Assembly: GCA_963718525.1 (NCBI GenBank) | Contig: OY970355.1 | Span: 2,144,001 to 2,208,000, forward strand | Length of the DNA stretch: 64,000 nucleotides | Direction: 5' to 3' | Origin: Candidatus Dormiibacterota bacterium | GTDB taxonomy: Bacteria; Chloroflexota; Dormibacteria; Aeolococcales; Aeolococcaceae | Shown: piece by piece, positions 1 to 11,310 of the stretch | Position numbering within the stretch: position 1 is the first letter of the stretch | Layout: every line of letters begins with the position of its first letter | Made by a program: the position numbers and the translations under genes | Notes under the pieces: model-generated | The model's input: the letters and a program-made list of their open reading frames with translations, nothing else | Databases searched by the model: none | What the model was told of the DNA's origin: nothing

Positions 1-1
1 C

Positions 2-295
2 GACGTCGTTCACTCCTTCAACTTCTTTGCGCTGGGCGTGAAAGCTGACGCTGTGCCCCTCAACGACAACGTCGTGTCGTCGACTCCAACCGAGATCGGA
101 ACCTACAGGGTCCAGTGCACGGAGCTCTGCGGTCTCTGGCACGGAAACATGTCGGACAACACGGCGATGGTCGTGAGCCAGTCGGATTTTGCGTCCTGGA
201 TACAACAGCAGACCGCGCTTGACGCACCGATCATGAAATATCTGCTGCCGTACAGCCACACGTACGAACCATCGCCAGTCGTCTACGGCCACTGA
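2..295 (+). CDS. ctaC: Cytochrome c oxidase subunit II, C-terminal part (5' truncated by window)
   Basis: CuA motif CTELCGLWHGNM; lies directly upstream of subunit I. Confidence 0.9.
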   Translation, partial: DVVHSFNFFALGVKADAVPLNDNVVSSTPTEIGTYRVQCTELCGLWHGNMSDNTAMVVSQSDFASWIQQQTALDAPIMKYLLPYSHTYEPSPVVYGH

Positions 296-330
296 CGTGA
301 TCGACCTCATGCACACAAGGGAAAGCTGAT

Positions 331-2253
331 GTGGATGCTGTAACCCCGACGCGCCCGCCGATATCTACTCGGCCGACGCTGGCACGCCGGCTCAACGAGT
401 GGGGGCTGCTGCTTGGGGTCATTGGTGCGGTGATCGGTTTCCTCCTCGGGTTCTGGATTGGCAACCTGGCGATTGCCAACTCGTTCAGCACGGACAACTC
501 GCTTGGTTCCGACCCGGGGATCCTGCTCGGCTATACCCTGAGCGTCGTTGGCTTCCTCGCCGGGATGGGCTTTCTCAACTACCCGATCGGCCGCCTGCTG
601 GGCGCGAGGCGGCCTTCCGAGGAGGACAACGCCTACATGCACGGCGAGGGTGGCGGCTTGAGCCGCTACTTCCGCATGACGACCGATCACAAGGTGATCG
701 GTTTGCAATACCTCATGATGATCCTCGCCTTCCTGTTCATCGGTGGATTGGGTGCGATGTTCATCAGGAGTGAGCTCCTGACGCCGGTGCCATCGGTCGC
801 CAACGCGCAGTCGTACCTGACACTGGTGGGATTGCACAGCACGCTGATGATCTTCATGGCCTCAGCGGCGATCATCGGGCCGTTCGGCAACTACTTCGTC
901 CCGATCATGATCGGGTCGCGCAACATGGCGTTTCCCCAACTCGAAGCGCTGACGTTCTGGCTGCTGCCGCCTGCGGGTCTGATTCTGTTGTCCACCGTGT
1001 TCCTCGGCGGATTCACGACCGGTTGGACGGGCTATGCCCCGCTCTCCGATCAGAACGTTCTCGGCATGGACGCGTACCTGATGGCATTTGCCTTGATCGG
1101 TCTCTCAATCGGCCTATCAGGTCTGAATATGATCGCGACCATTGTCACCAAGCGCCATCCCGGCATGCCATATAGCCGGATGCCGGTGTTCGTCTGGGGG
1201 GTGTTGGTCACTTCATTCCTTGGCCTTCTCGCCTCTCCGGCACTCATCGTCGCGGTGCTGATGGAGATGTTCAGCCGGACATATCAGACGACATTCTTCG
1301 TGCCCGCGGGCGGTGGCTCGCCGTATCTGTGGGAGAACCTGTTCTGGTTCTTCGGCCATCCAGAGGTCTACATCTTCGTCATTCCCGCGTTCGGACTGAT
1401 CATGGAGATGCTGCCCGCGTTCACCCGCAAGCCGCTGTGGGGGTACCGCGTGTCGATCGGCGGCATGGTGGAAGTCGGTCTCCTGAGCTTCACCGTCTGG
1501 CAGCACCACCTGTTCGTGAGCGGCCTGGCACCGTCGTTGCGCCCGTTCTACATGTTCTCAACAGAGCTGATCTCAGTTCCGACGGGCATCATCTATCTCA
1601 TCGCGCTGGGTTCGATGTGGCGAGCGCGCACCCGCTTCAGCACTCCGATGCTCTTCATCTGCGCATTCTTTTTCAACTTCCTGATCGGAGGATTCACTGG
1701 TGTTTTCCTCTCAGACGTCCCGAGTGATTTCACGCTGCACGCCAGCTACTTCGTTCAGGCTCACTTCCACTACACCATCATGGGTGGCGAGGTGTTCGCG
1801 CTCATGGCTGGGATCGTGTACTACCTTCCAAAGATGACGGGCGTGTCCATGGACACCAAGCTACTGAAGTTCCAATTCTGGGCGGTCTTTCTCACTTTCA
1901 ACGGAACGTTTCTCTCGCTGATCGCGGTCGGCATCATGGGTATGACGCGCCGCGTGATCAGTTATGCGCCCTATCTGCAACCGCTCAACGTCTCGGCCTC
2001 CATTTTCGCATTCGGCCTCGGAGCATCAATGGCGCTGTTCCTTGGAATCTTGATCTGGCAGGCCGCGATCAAGAAAGTGCCGGCTACGACCAACCCGTGG
2101 GAATCGCTGGGTGTCGAATGGCAGCTGCCGACGCCGGTTCCGATATTCAACTTCGACAAGGTGCCGACAGCCTGGTCGCTGCCGTACAACTACGACACCG
2201 GTAAGCCGGCGGCGGAGTTCGGCCCGGTTGTACCGGCCTTCGGTGGAGCGTGA
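331..2253 (+). CDS. ctaD: Cytochrome c oxidase subunit I (A-family heme-copper oxidase)
   Basis: TTDHKVIG, WFFGHPEVY, WQHH and HFHY motifs; many TM helices. Confidence 0.97.
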   Translation: MDAVTPTRPPISTRPTLARRLNEWGLLLGVIGAVIGFLLGFWIGNLAIANSFSTDNSLGSDPGILLGYTLSVVGFLAGMGFLNYPIGRLLGARRPSEEDNAYMHGEGGGLSRYFRMTTDHKVIGLQYLMMILAFLFIGGLGAMFIRSELLTPVPSVANAQSYLTLVGLHSTLMIFMASAAIIGPFGNYFVPIMIGSRNMAFPQLEALTFWLLPPAGLILLSTVFLGGFTTGWTGYAPLSDQNVLGMDAYLMAFALIGLSIGLSGLNMIATIVTKRHPGMPYSRMPVFVWGVLVTSFLGLLASPALIVAVLMEMFSRTYQTTFFVPAGGGSPYLWENLFWFFGHPEVYIFVIPAFGLIMEMLPAFTRKPLWGYRVSIGGMVEVGLLSFTVWQHHLFVSGLAPSLRPFYMFSTELISVPTGIIYLIALGSMWRARTRFSTPMLFICAFFFNFLIGGFTGVFLSDVPSDFTLHASYFVQAHFHYTIMGGEVFALMAGIVYYLPKMTGVSMDTKLLKFQFWAVFLTFNGTFLSLIAVGIMGMTRRVISYAPYLQPLNVSASIFAFGLGASMALFLGILIWQAAIKKVPATTNPWESLGVEWQLPTPVPIFNFDKVPTAWSLPYNYDTGKPAAEFGPVVPAFGGA

Positions 2254-2858
2254 GCATGGGGGACGTCAGCCCGACCGGACTCACCGTCATCGACGAGGTC
2301 GCTGGAGGCGAACGCACGCTGGCCTTCGGCTCGCGGTTGGTCATGGCTGCGAACACAACCCTTCAGCTGAGCCTCCTCTTCGCATTTCTCTACCTGCGCG
2401 CGAACAACTTCGGCGGGATGTGGCACCCGAGCGGGGTCGGCACGCCACCTCAAGTGCTCGCGCTCGTCGCCTTGGCGTTTCCGTTGCTGACGCTCCTCGC
2501 CCTCTGGGGAGTCTGGAGCGGCCTGAGCAGGGCACGCGAATCCAGCGCGGTGTCGGGGTTGCTGTGGCTAGCTCTCCTGGGCGCGATCCTCACCGGGGCG
2601 GTGCGCATTCTCCTGATGTACCAGTTCAATTGGGAGCTCTTCAGCGCAGGCACGTATGCTGACCTGGCGACCTTGTGGTACGCGGTGCTATGCGCAGAGT
2701 TCATCGGGGTCGGTCTGTGGTTGTTGAGCCTTGTGATGGGGCACGTGCGCCGTACCGACCCACTGAGCACCGCACACGCCCGAGCCGTTCTGGAGCAGTG
2801 GACGTACATCACCGGCGTCTCGATCGCGGTGTACCTGCTGGTCCAGTACGTCACGTAG
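2250..2858 (+). CDS. Cytochrome c oxidase subunit III-like membrane protein (divergent)
   Basis: About 5 TM helices; LFAFLYLR...WHP segment; GTGA overlap with subunit I. Confidence 0.65.
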   Translation: MSMGDVSPTGLTVIDEVAGGERTLAFGSRLVMAANTTLQLSLLFAFLYLRANNFGGMWHPSGVGTPPQVLALVALAFPLLTLLALWGVWSGLSRARESSAVSGLLWLALLGAILTGAVRILLMYQFNWELFSAGTYADLATLWYAVLCAEFIGVGLWLLSLVMGHVRRTDPLSTAHARAVLEQWTYITGVSIAVYLLVQYVT

Positions 2859-2864
2859 GCCGGC

Positions 2865-3704
2865 ATGCTCTGGCGATCGCTGCTCGACTGGAGCTTCGAA
2901 CCAGTACCCATCGTAGGGTGCGCGACGGCCGCCTACCTCTACTGGCGCGGGCGGCGGACCGCGTCGCCGGCGTTGGGACGCTCGGCATCGTGGGACAACG
3001 GGGACACGGCGTTCGCACTCGGCATCGCAGCGCTCATGCTCGCCCTGGTGTCGCCGATCTCGTACTTCGATACCACGTTCCAGTGGGACCACATGGTGCA
3101 GCACGTGCTGCTGCTGCTGGTCGCTCCTCCGCTCATCCTGCTCGCAGACCCGTTTCGAACGGCGTGGGCTGGTTATCTCGCCGCGCAGGGAAGGCCCGCC
3201 TCGGTCGAAAACACCTGGCCCGCGCGCATGATGCGAATCCTCCACACGGGGCCGAAGGCGGCGATCGTCGTGGTCCTCGTGTTCAGTGTCGACCTCCTGG
3301 TCTGGCACCTCCCGGCTATCTACAACGCGACGCTCCGGCTTGCGTCGGTGCACGATCTTGAGCATCTGAGCTTTCTCGTCGTCGGTCTCCTGTTCTGGGA
3401 CCAGGTGATCAGCTCGGTCAAGGCGACCGAGCGGCTCTCGATGCTGGGTCGCGCGGTCGTGGTCCTGGCGGGGATGTTTGTGAGCTGGGGTCTCGCAATC
3501 GTCATCGCTTATGCGACGCAACCGCTGTACGCGTACCCCGTGACCCAGGGCGGGCTCAGCCTCCTGGGAGATCAGGAGATCGCCGCGGGTGTGATGTGGG
3601 TCCCGGGAGGCACGCCCTTCGTGGTCGCACTGCTCTACCTTGGCATCCGGTGGTTCGAGATCGACGACCGCTCCGCGGGCAGCACCGTGGTGACTCAGCC
3701 ATGA
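2865..3704 (+). CDS. ctaG: Cytochrome c oxidase assembly factor, Caa3_CtaG family
   Basis: HMVQHVLL...APPL, WHLPAIY, EH and DQEIAAGVMW motifs. Confidence 0.9.
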   Translation: MLWRSLLDWSFEPVPIVGCATAAYLYWRGRRTASPALGRSASWDNGDTAFALGIAALMLALVSPISYFDTTFQWDHMVQHVLLLLVAPPLILLADPFRTAWAGYLAAQGRPASVENTWPARMMRILHTGPKAAIVVVLVFSVDLLVWHLPAIYNATLRLASVHDLEHLSFLVVGLLFWDQVISSVKATERLSMLGRAVVVLAGMFVSWGLAIVIAYATQPLYAYPVTQGGLSLLGDQEIAAGVMWVPGGTPFVVALLYLGIRWFEIDDRSAGSTVVTQP

Positions 3705-4229
3705 GCAGGAAACCTCGTCTCGTGTTCGGCTGTGCCTTGGCATTGCTAGTCGCCGGGTGCGGCGGCCCGCACCTTCCTGCGAGTGCGTCGCAGCCTGTTA
3801 CGGCGTCGGGGGGCCCAACCCTGACCGGCAAGGACGTGAGCATCACGTCGTTCCGCGGGCATCCCGTGGTCTTGATTTTCTGGGCGTCGTGGTGCGGACC
3901 CTGCCATGATGAGCAGCCGGCGTTGAACACGTCGTATACAGCGTGGCTGTCTCGCGGCGTCGTGTTCCTGGGGATCGACCTGCGTGACACGACGGCACCC
4001 GCGCTCGCATTTCAGACGGCGTTCAAGGTGCCGTATCCCAGCATTGCGGACACGAACGCCACACTCGCGGTCGACTACCGTATTCCGTCGGCGCCCGCGT
4101 TGGTCTTTCTCAACACTCAGGGCAAGGTGGCCGATGTTGTCCTAGGAGGAACTCGGAACCATGAGCGTCGCCGCCTTCAATGCGGAGATCACCGCCCTCC
4201 TGGGCACGTCGACGACAGGAAGCGCATAG
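3701..4229 (+). CDS. TlpA/ResA-like thioredoxin-fold lipoprotein with apparent +1 frameshift at ~4150
   Basis: Lipobox LVAGC and FWASWCGPC; removing one A from GGAACTC at ~4150 gives ...VLGGLGTMSVAAFNAEITALLG...TAG at 4227-4229. Confidence 0.8.
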
Positions 4230-4237
4230 GAGCGGGA

Positions 4238-5191
4238 ATGCAAACCAGCGCAGAGATCGCGATGAGCCCGACGGACACCATTGGCGGGGCGGCAGCTGCT
4301 GATGCGGTCCAACTCGGTGCTTGGATGCAGCTCCGCTCACGCGCGCGCGACTACGTCAGTCTCGCCAAACCGCGAATCATCGTCCTTCTTCTGATCACGG
4401 AGCTCGCCACGATGATCATCGCCGCGCGTGGTATTCCATCGCTCGGCTTGCTCGTCTGGTCGGGGGTCGGCGGCGCGCTCGCTTCCGGGGGCTCCGGAGC
4501 GATCAACTGCTGGTATGACCGTGATATCGATCGGGTCATGGCACGGACCTGCAGCCGGCCGCTTCCATCGGGACGCATCCTGCCATGGCGGGCACTCACC
4601 TTCGGCGTCACGCTGATCGCCGCTTCGGTGATGGTGTTCGTGCTCGCGGCGAACATCCTGGCGGCCGCGCTCGCCCTGGGCGGCGCGCTCTTCTACGTCT
4701 TCATCTACACGATGTTGTTGAAGCGCAGAACCCCGCTCAACATCGTCATCGGCGGAGCTGCCGGCGCGTTTCCTCCGCTGGTCGGCTGGGCCGCGGTGCG
4801 CGGCGATGTCGGATGGCTCGCGTTCGTGTTGTTCGCGTTGGTCTTTCTCTGGACACCGCCGCACTTCTGGTCGCTCGCCTTGCTCCTGCGTCGTGACTAC
4901 CGGAATGCCAGCGTGCCGATGCTTCCCGGCATCATCGGCACCGCCCGGACCCACCGGCGGATCCTCTTCTACCTGCTGGCTCTGATCCTCGCGAGCCTGC
5001 TACCAGGACTGGTGCTGGGCATCGGGTACACGGTCGGAGCTGGCCTGCTCGGCGGTGGATATCTGGCGCTCGCGCTCTGGGCCCGCGCCAAAGCAACATC
5101 AGGCGCGGCCGCGTTGCTCTTCCATTACTCGCTGGCCTATCTCGCGCTCATCTTCGTCGTGGGCGCGGTGAGCGCGGTGGCGCTGGGCTAG
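4238..5191 (+). CDS. ctaB: Protoheme IX farnesyltransferase (heme o synthase)
   Basis: KPRII, N.WYDRDID.VM.RT..RPLPSG, NIVIGGAAGAFPPL and WTPPHFW motifs; own ATG at 4238 after GGAG. Confidence 0.95.
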   Translation: MQTSAEIAMSPTDTIGGAAAADAVQLGAWMQLRSRARDYVSLAKPRIIVLLLITELATMIIAARGIPSLGLLVWSGVGGALASGGSGAINCWYDRDIDRVMARTCSRPLPSGRILPWRALTFGVTLIAASVMVFVLAANILAAALALGGALFYVFIYTMLLKRRTPLNIVIGGAAGAFPPLVGWAAVRGDVGWLAFVLFALVFLWTPPHFWSLALLLRRDYRNASVPMLPGIIGTARTHRRILFYLLALILASLLPGLVLGIGYTVGAGLLGGGYLALALWARAKATSGAAALLFHYSLAYLALIFVVGAVSAVALG

Positions 5192-5244
5192 CCAGCCCGG
5201 CTCCTGGTGCGGAGCCGGACTGGCCGCGTTGCGCGATGTGACTC

Positions 5245-6630
5245 TCAGTGGCCCAGGGCGGCCGCCGCCTGTGTATCCATCGTCGATTCGATGGCCGACA
5301 CATTGGAGCTGCTTGGGTTCTGGAGGAACTGCAGCAGGTCGGCCCACATCTTCGGCTCCCAGGTTCCCTGAAGATCGTCGAGGCTGAACACAAAGCTGGT
5401 CGCGCTGACAAGGGCCTTCGCGTCGGCCTGTGTGACCGTATCGGGGTACGCACTCGGCTGGACCTGGTTGTTCGGGGACGCGAATCCACCGAGATGCGCC
5501 CAGATGGTTGCCCCCTCAGGTCCGGCGAGGTACTTGATCAGCGCGGTTGCCTGAGGCGTCGAGTTGAGCATCATCGCGACGTCACCCGCACCCTGGATGG
5601 CGCCGTTGTTGGCGCTGTCCGCTGCCGGCGCCGGGAACGGGAAGAAGTCGAAGCAGGGGTGGCTGGCGGCGCTGACGGTGCACGCCGCACCGCCGGCACC
5701 TGTGGTACCCGGGTTGTAGTTGGCCGAGTTGCCCGTGATCTCGCTGACCACGAAGTCACCCTCGAAGACCATCGCAGCCTGAGGCAGTGCGGGGGGCTTG
5801 GGGAAGACCTTGTCAACGCACGCGGGGTAAGCGTTGGAGAGCGACCCCTGCAGTCCGCCGAGCAGATACGCACGGTTGCTGACAAGCTGCGCCATGGTGG
5901 TGAACGCTGTCGTGACCGTCGCGTCCGTCCACTTCAGAGTGTGCGCAGCCAGCTTGTTGTACGCATCCGCGCCAGCGGTCTTGAGATAGATGTTCTGCCA
6001 CATGTCGGCGACCGGCCAGCCAACGTCGGTGCAGAGCGAGAACGGTGTGATGCCGGCCGCCTTCAGCTGCGCGGCGTCGGCGATCAACTGCTCCCAGGTC
6101 GAGGGTGGCGACGTGATACCGGCCTGCGCGAACAGTCCCGGGTTGTACCAGATGGTGTTCTTGTTCGCGCCCTTGAACCAGACGCCGTACTGCTTGCCGT
6201 TGTACGTGGCCAGCGTGTTCCACGCGGTGCCGAAGTTGGAGGTCAGACCGCTAAGGATGCTCGTCAGGTCCTTGATCGAACCGGCCTTGGCCAGGCTGTC
6301 CAGCGTACCCGGATCGGGCACCAGGGCGACGTCCGGCGGCGAACCGCCCGACACGGCTGCCGTCAGGGCGGTATCCATGTTGTTGCCCTTGCCCTGGTAG
6401 TTCACCGTGATCCCGGTCGATGCCTCAAACGGCGCCAGCGCGGCCAGGAAGTCCTGCTGCTCCTGCGCGGTCCACTCGGCCCACACACTCAGCGTTCCGC
6501 CGATCTTGCCGCTGGTCGACCCGCTGCTGGAGGCCGTGGGTGGGGTCGAGGTCGAACCGCATGCGGTCGCGATTCCCAGGACTCCAGCGGCCACCACCGC
6601 CAGTTTGCCCAGCCTGCTGCCCTGTGTCAT
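5245..6630 (-). CDS. Carbohydrate ABC transporter substrate-binding lipoprotein (alpha-glucoside type)
   Basis: Lipobox IATAC; PPDVALVPDPG, KNTIWYNP, GWPVADMWQNIYL; divergent from permease genes. Confidence 0.88.
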   Translation of the reverse strand: MTQGSRLGKLAVVAAGVLGIATACGSTSTPPTASSSGSTSGKIGGTLSVWAEWTAQEQQDFLAALAPFEASTGITVNYQGKGNNMDTALTAAVSGGSPPDVALVPDPGTLDSLAKAGSIKDLTSILSGLTSNFGTAWNTLATYNGKQYGVWFKGANKNTIWYNPGLFAQAGITSPPSTWEQLIADAAQLKAAGITPFSLCTDVGWPVADMWQNIYLKTAGADAYNKLAAHTLKWTDATVTTAFTTMAQLVSNRAYLLGGLQGSLSNAYPACVDKVFPKPPALPQAAMVFEGDFVVSEITGNSANYNPGTTGAGGAACTVSAASHPCFDFFPFPAPAADSANNGAIQGAGDVAMMLNSTPQATALIKYLAGPEGATIWAHLGGFASPNNQVQPSAYPDTVTQADAKALVSATSFVFSLDDLQGTWEPKMWADLLQFLQNPSSSNVSAIESTMDTQAAAALGH

Positions 6631-6825
6631 ATAGGTACTCCTAGGTACTCCTGAGTAAGGCGAACCCTCAGCACGCCCCAGCGCTCCACGGCGCAAGCCC
6701 CCTGTGTACTCCACATGGACTCGAAACGCAACTGATTTCGGTGCGTCTCATACCAATGGGTGATGCCCGCTTGCGCAACCCCGTCCGCAGACGTAGGATC
6801 ACCCGCACTGTGGTGAGGGCCTGAG

Positions 6826-8262
6826 TTGGCGGTTGCCGTACCGACTTCTGAATCCGTACCGACTGCTCCTGCAGAGATCCTCCCCACCACGAGCAAACCG
6901 GCGGGCGGTGGCGGGTTCCGAAGCCACCTGGGGTCGTTGCTGTTTCTGCTGCCGGGGGCGATCTGGCTGCTGCTGATCGTGGTGTATCCGCTGATCGCGA
7001 CGATCGTCCGAAGCCTCTTTGACGGCAGCGGTCAGAACTTCATCGGCCTCGGCAACTACAAGTCCGTCTTCTCGACGACCGACATCATCGTCTCGCTGAA
7101 GAACAACGTGGTGTGGGTGATTCTGTTCCCGTTCCTGGTCACCTTCTTCGGGCTCGTCTTCGCGGTGCTCACCGAGCGTATCCGGTGGTCGACGGCGTTC
7201 AAGACCATCGTGTTCATGCCGCTGGTGTTCAGCGCGACCGCCGCCGGCCTGACATGGGCGTCGATCTTCTTCATCGATCCACACACCGGCATGGTCAACG
7301 CCTCGATCCAGGGTGTGAGCAACGCGATCAATCCACCCGGGCTCTACCCGATCGACCCGGCGAGCGGCCAGACCGTGTCGAGCCTCGCCGCCACGGGAAC
7401 GAAGCCGGGGCCTGGGGGCACGCTGGAAAGTTCGACCACCGTCAGTCCCGGGAACACCGTGCAACTCGGGATGATCGGCATCAGTCCGGTGACGCTGCAG
7501 CAGAATGGTGCAACCCCAGCCGTGGCGCCGACCGCCTCGTCGGGTATCTCGGGACTCGTGTGGCGCGATTTCTCGCCGACGCATCCGACCGTCCGCGGAC
7601 AGGTATTCCCCGACGAGGATGGGATCCCTGGGCTGCATCTCTCGCTGCTCAACGCGAGCAGCGCCTCCGTTGCCACGACAACGACGGCGAAGAACGGAAC
7701 ATTCACCTTCGCCAATCCCGGGCCAGGCAACTACCGCGTGGAGGTGACAGCCAACAACTTCCAGGCGGGGTTCAACGGCATCTTCTTCCTCGGCACGCAG
7801 TCGCTGACACCGACGAGCTCCCTGAGCCCAACGATGCAGGCGATCCTGAGCATTCCGATCGTCGACATCGCGATGATCATCGCGTATCTCTGGATCTGGG
7901 CCGGCTTCGCAATGGTGGTCATCGGCGCGGGTCTTGCCGCGTTGAATCGCGAGGTGCTCGAGGCCGCGCAGATTGACGGCGCCAGTGAATGGCAGACGTT
8001 GCGCCGGGTCACGGTGCCGATGCTGCGACCGGTGCTCGTGGTTGTCTTCGTCACCATGCTCATCAACGTCCTGAAGATCTTCGACATCATTCTCAACATG
8101 GCAGCGCCGTCATCGCAGGCCGGCGCGAGCACGCTCGCCGTCGACATCTACAACAACTTTTCGAGCCCGAACGGGCAGGGCCTCGCAGCAGCGCTCGCCG
8201 TGGTGCTGTTCATCCTGGTGATTCCCGCCATGCTGTTCAACCTCAAGAGGATCCGCGGATGA
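6826..8262 (+). CDS. Carbohydrate ABC permease (MalF-like) with large extracytoplasmic insertion
   Basis: NFIGLGNY and EAA motif (EVLEAAQIDGA); beta-rich insert containing GLVWRDF...GTFTF...GNYRV. Confidence 0.9.
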   Translation: MAVAVPTSESVPTAPAEILPTTSKPAGGGGFRSHLGSLLFLLPGAIWLLLIVVYPLIATIVRSLFDGSGQNFIGLGNYKSVFSTTDIIVSLKNNVVWVILFPFLVTFFGLVFAVLTERIRWSTAFKTIVFMPLVFSATAAGLTWASIFFIDPHTGMVNASIQGVSNAINPPGLYPIDPASGQTVSSLAATGTKPGPGGTLESSTTVSPGNTVQLGMIGISPVTLQQNGATPAVAPTASSGISGLVWRDFSPTHPTVRGQVFPDEDGIPGLHLSLLNASSASVATTTTAKNGTFTFANPGPGNYRVEVTANNFQAGFNGIFFLGTQSLTPTSSLSPTMQAILSIPIVDIAMIIAYLWIWAGFAMVVIGAGLAALNREVLEAAQIDGASEWQTLRRVTVPMLRPVLVVVFVTMLINVLKIFDIILNMAAPSSQAGASTLAVDIYNNFSSPNGQGLAAALAVVLFILVIPAMLFNLKRIRG

Positions 8263-9176
8263 GCGTTCAGTCTGCGTCGTTGCCGGTCACCACGTCGCCG
8301 CGGAAGCGGCGTTTCCGGCTGCGCCCCTCGCGCATCGTGCTGAACATCGTGCTCGCGGCAATCGCGGTCTTCTGGCTCGTTCCCGCCATCGGCATCGCGA
8401 TCATCTCGCTCCGCCCCAACGCCTCCTTTGAACAGTCCGGTTGGTGGACAGTGCTGACGGCACCCGCGCAGCTGACGTTCAACAACTATCAGCAGCTGTT
8501 CTCGAAGGGATTCGCGGCGGGGGGCGTCCTCAACTCGCTGACCACGTCGATCGCGATCACCGTGCCGGTGACGATCCTGGTCACGGTGATCTCGAGCCTC
8601 ACCGCGTACTCACTCGTTTTCGGCCGGTGGCGCGGGAGAACCCTGGTCTTTCTGCTCATCGTTGCGATGCTTGTGCTGCCGCTGCAGATGGCGCTGATAC
8701 CCATAGCGAGCCTGTACAAAATTATTGACAACGCCACCGGGCTGCACCTGTTCGGGTCCCTGATCGGCGCGATCATCTTTCACGTTGCGTTCGGCCTGCC
8801 GTTCGGCATCTTCCTGATGCGCAACTTCTACTCCGGCATCCCGCACGACCTGCTCGAGGCGGGCCGGATCGACGGAGCGGGGGAGTGGACGCTCTTCCGG
8901 AAAGTCGTCATGCCGATCGGAATCCCGGCGCTCGCGTCGCTCGCCATCTTCCAGTTCATCTGGGTCTGGAACGACCTGCTGGTCGCGCTCATCTTCCTGG
9001 GGAACAGCTCCCACATCACGCTGACCATGTATCTGTACAGCTGGACCAGAGCCCTGTCGTCCAACTACTGGATCATCTCCACGGGGGCGATGATCTCGAT
9101 CATCATCCCCTTGATTGTGTTCTTTGCATTCCAGCGATACTTCGTCCGAGGCGTGCTCGCCGGGGCGGTGAAATGA
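8259..9176 (+). CDS. Carbohydrate ABC permease (MalG-like)
   Basis: LLEAGRIDGA, FIWVWNDLL, FQRYFVRGV; ATGA overlap with the previous gene. Confidence 0.92.
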   Translation: MSVQSASLPVTTSPRKRRFRLRPSRIVLNIVLAAIAVFWLVPAIGIAIISLRPNASFEQSGWWTVLTAPAQLTFNNYQQLFSKGFAAGGVLNSLTTSIAITVPVTILVTVISSLTAYSLVFGRWRGRTLVFLLIVAMLVLPLQMALIPIASLYKIIDNATGLHLFGSLIGAIIFHVAFGLPFGIFLMRNFYSGIPHDLLEAGRIDGAGEWTLFRKVVMPIGIPALASLAIFQFIWVWNDLLVALIFLGNSSHITLTMYLYSWTRALSSNYWIISTGAMISIIIPLIVFFAFQRYFVRGVLAGAVK

Positions 9177-9186
9177 GGAGCGTGTG

Positions 9187-10320
<1,134 letters not shown>

Positions 10321-10347
10321 ACACGCGCTGAGGCTTCAGCTGCGTAG

Positions 10348-10362
10348 GATTGTGCTACAATC
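10348..10362. promoter_or_regulatory. Inverted repeat GATTGT-N3-ACAATC overlapping a TACAAT -10 element; candidate operator of the downstream GntR gene
   Basis: Palindrome in the intergenic region upstream of the GntR/FCD regulator. Confidence 0.45.
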
Positions 10363-10554
10363 TGCTACAGGATCAATCGCCCTGGAGCATTTGAGATGAC
10401 CTCGATATTCTGGCTCACGCTGAGAGCCCTATACGGTATGGAAACTGGGCGGTCGTGTCGTTCGTGCGGCGAGCCGATCGCCCACCGGGATGCCTTCGGC
10501 ACCAGCGAAGGCGTCTGCCGCCGTTGCCGGGATCGCGCTCACGCGAACGTCTGA

Positions 10555-11310
10555 GTGCACCGCCGCTCATCGGAACGCGGCGACGGGACCCCACCACCAA
10601 CGGCGGTGATCCGCCGGCACACGACGTCGCGAGTGGAGACGCTCGAGGACGAGCTCGAGCGCCAGGTGCTCGATGGGCGATTCAAGCCCGGCGAGCACCT
10701 TGGCGAGATCGCGCTTGCCGAGGAGTTCGAGGTTGGTCGCAACACCCTTCGCGCGGCGTTCGACGGCCTCGTCCGCAGGGGCCTGCTCGTCAAGTCGCGC
10801 AACCGGGGTGTCTTCGTGCGGGCCCTCACCGGGCACGACCTGGCTGAAATCTATGAGCTGCGGACGGCGCTCGAGGTGCAGGCATCGCGGATGCTGGCTT
10901 CACGGCGGAGGGTTCCCGAGGCAGGTCGAAGCGCCCTCGCCCAGCATCACCGCCTGGGTCCGCGTTCGTCACAGCGCGTTGTCGTCGAGGCCGATCTCGC
11001 CTTTCACCGTGCGCTGGTCGTCGGGACCGGGAATGCCCGCCTCATGCGCGCTCACAAGAACCTCGAGATCGAGATCCTCCTCTGCCTCGCGCAACTCGTC
11101 CAGGGCTACGCGTCGGTCTCCCAGCTTGCCGGCGAGCATGGCGAGCTCCTCGAGGCCATCGAGTCCGGCGACCCGGCAACGGCGGAGGCGGTGATCAGGC
11201 ACCACCTCGAGGGCGCGACCACGTGGCTCATCGAGCACGCGTCGGCTGATGAGGAGCCGGTCTACGCCGATGCCGTGGTGGCTTCGAGCGCGTCGAGCGA
11301 CCTCGGGTAG
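10555..11310 (+). CDS. GntR family (FCD) transcriptional regulator
   Basis: wHTH (PGEHLGEIALAEEFEVGRNTLRAA) plus FCD (DLAFHRALV..GN, EH..LLEAI); start uncertain. Confidence 0.9.
   Translation: MHRRSSERGDGTPPPTAVIRRHTTSRVETLEDELERQVLDGRFKPGEHLGEIALAEEFEVGRNTLRAAFDGLVRRGLLVKSRNRGVFVRALTGHDLAEIYELRTALEVQASRMLASRRRVPEAGRSALAQHHRLGPRSSQRVVVEADLAFHRALVVGTGNARLMRAHKNLEIEILLCLAQLVQGYASVSQLAGEHGELLEAIESGDPATAEAVIRHHLEGATTWLIEHASADEEPVYADAVVASSASSDLG

Noticed and set aside
3596-5191. Apparent thioredoxin-heme o synthase fusion (531-aa ORF)
   Set aside because: One extra A at ~4150 joins two genes. The corrected tlpA ends at TAG 4229 and ctaB has its own RBS and ATG at 4238.
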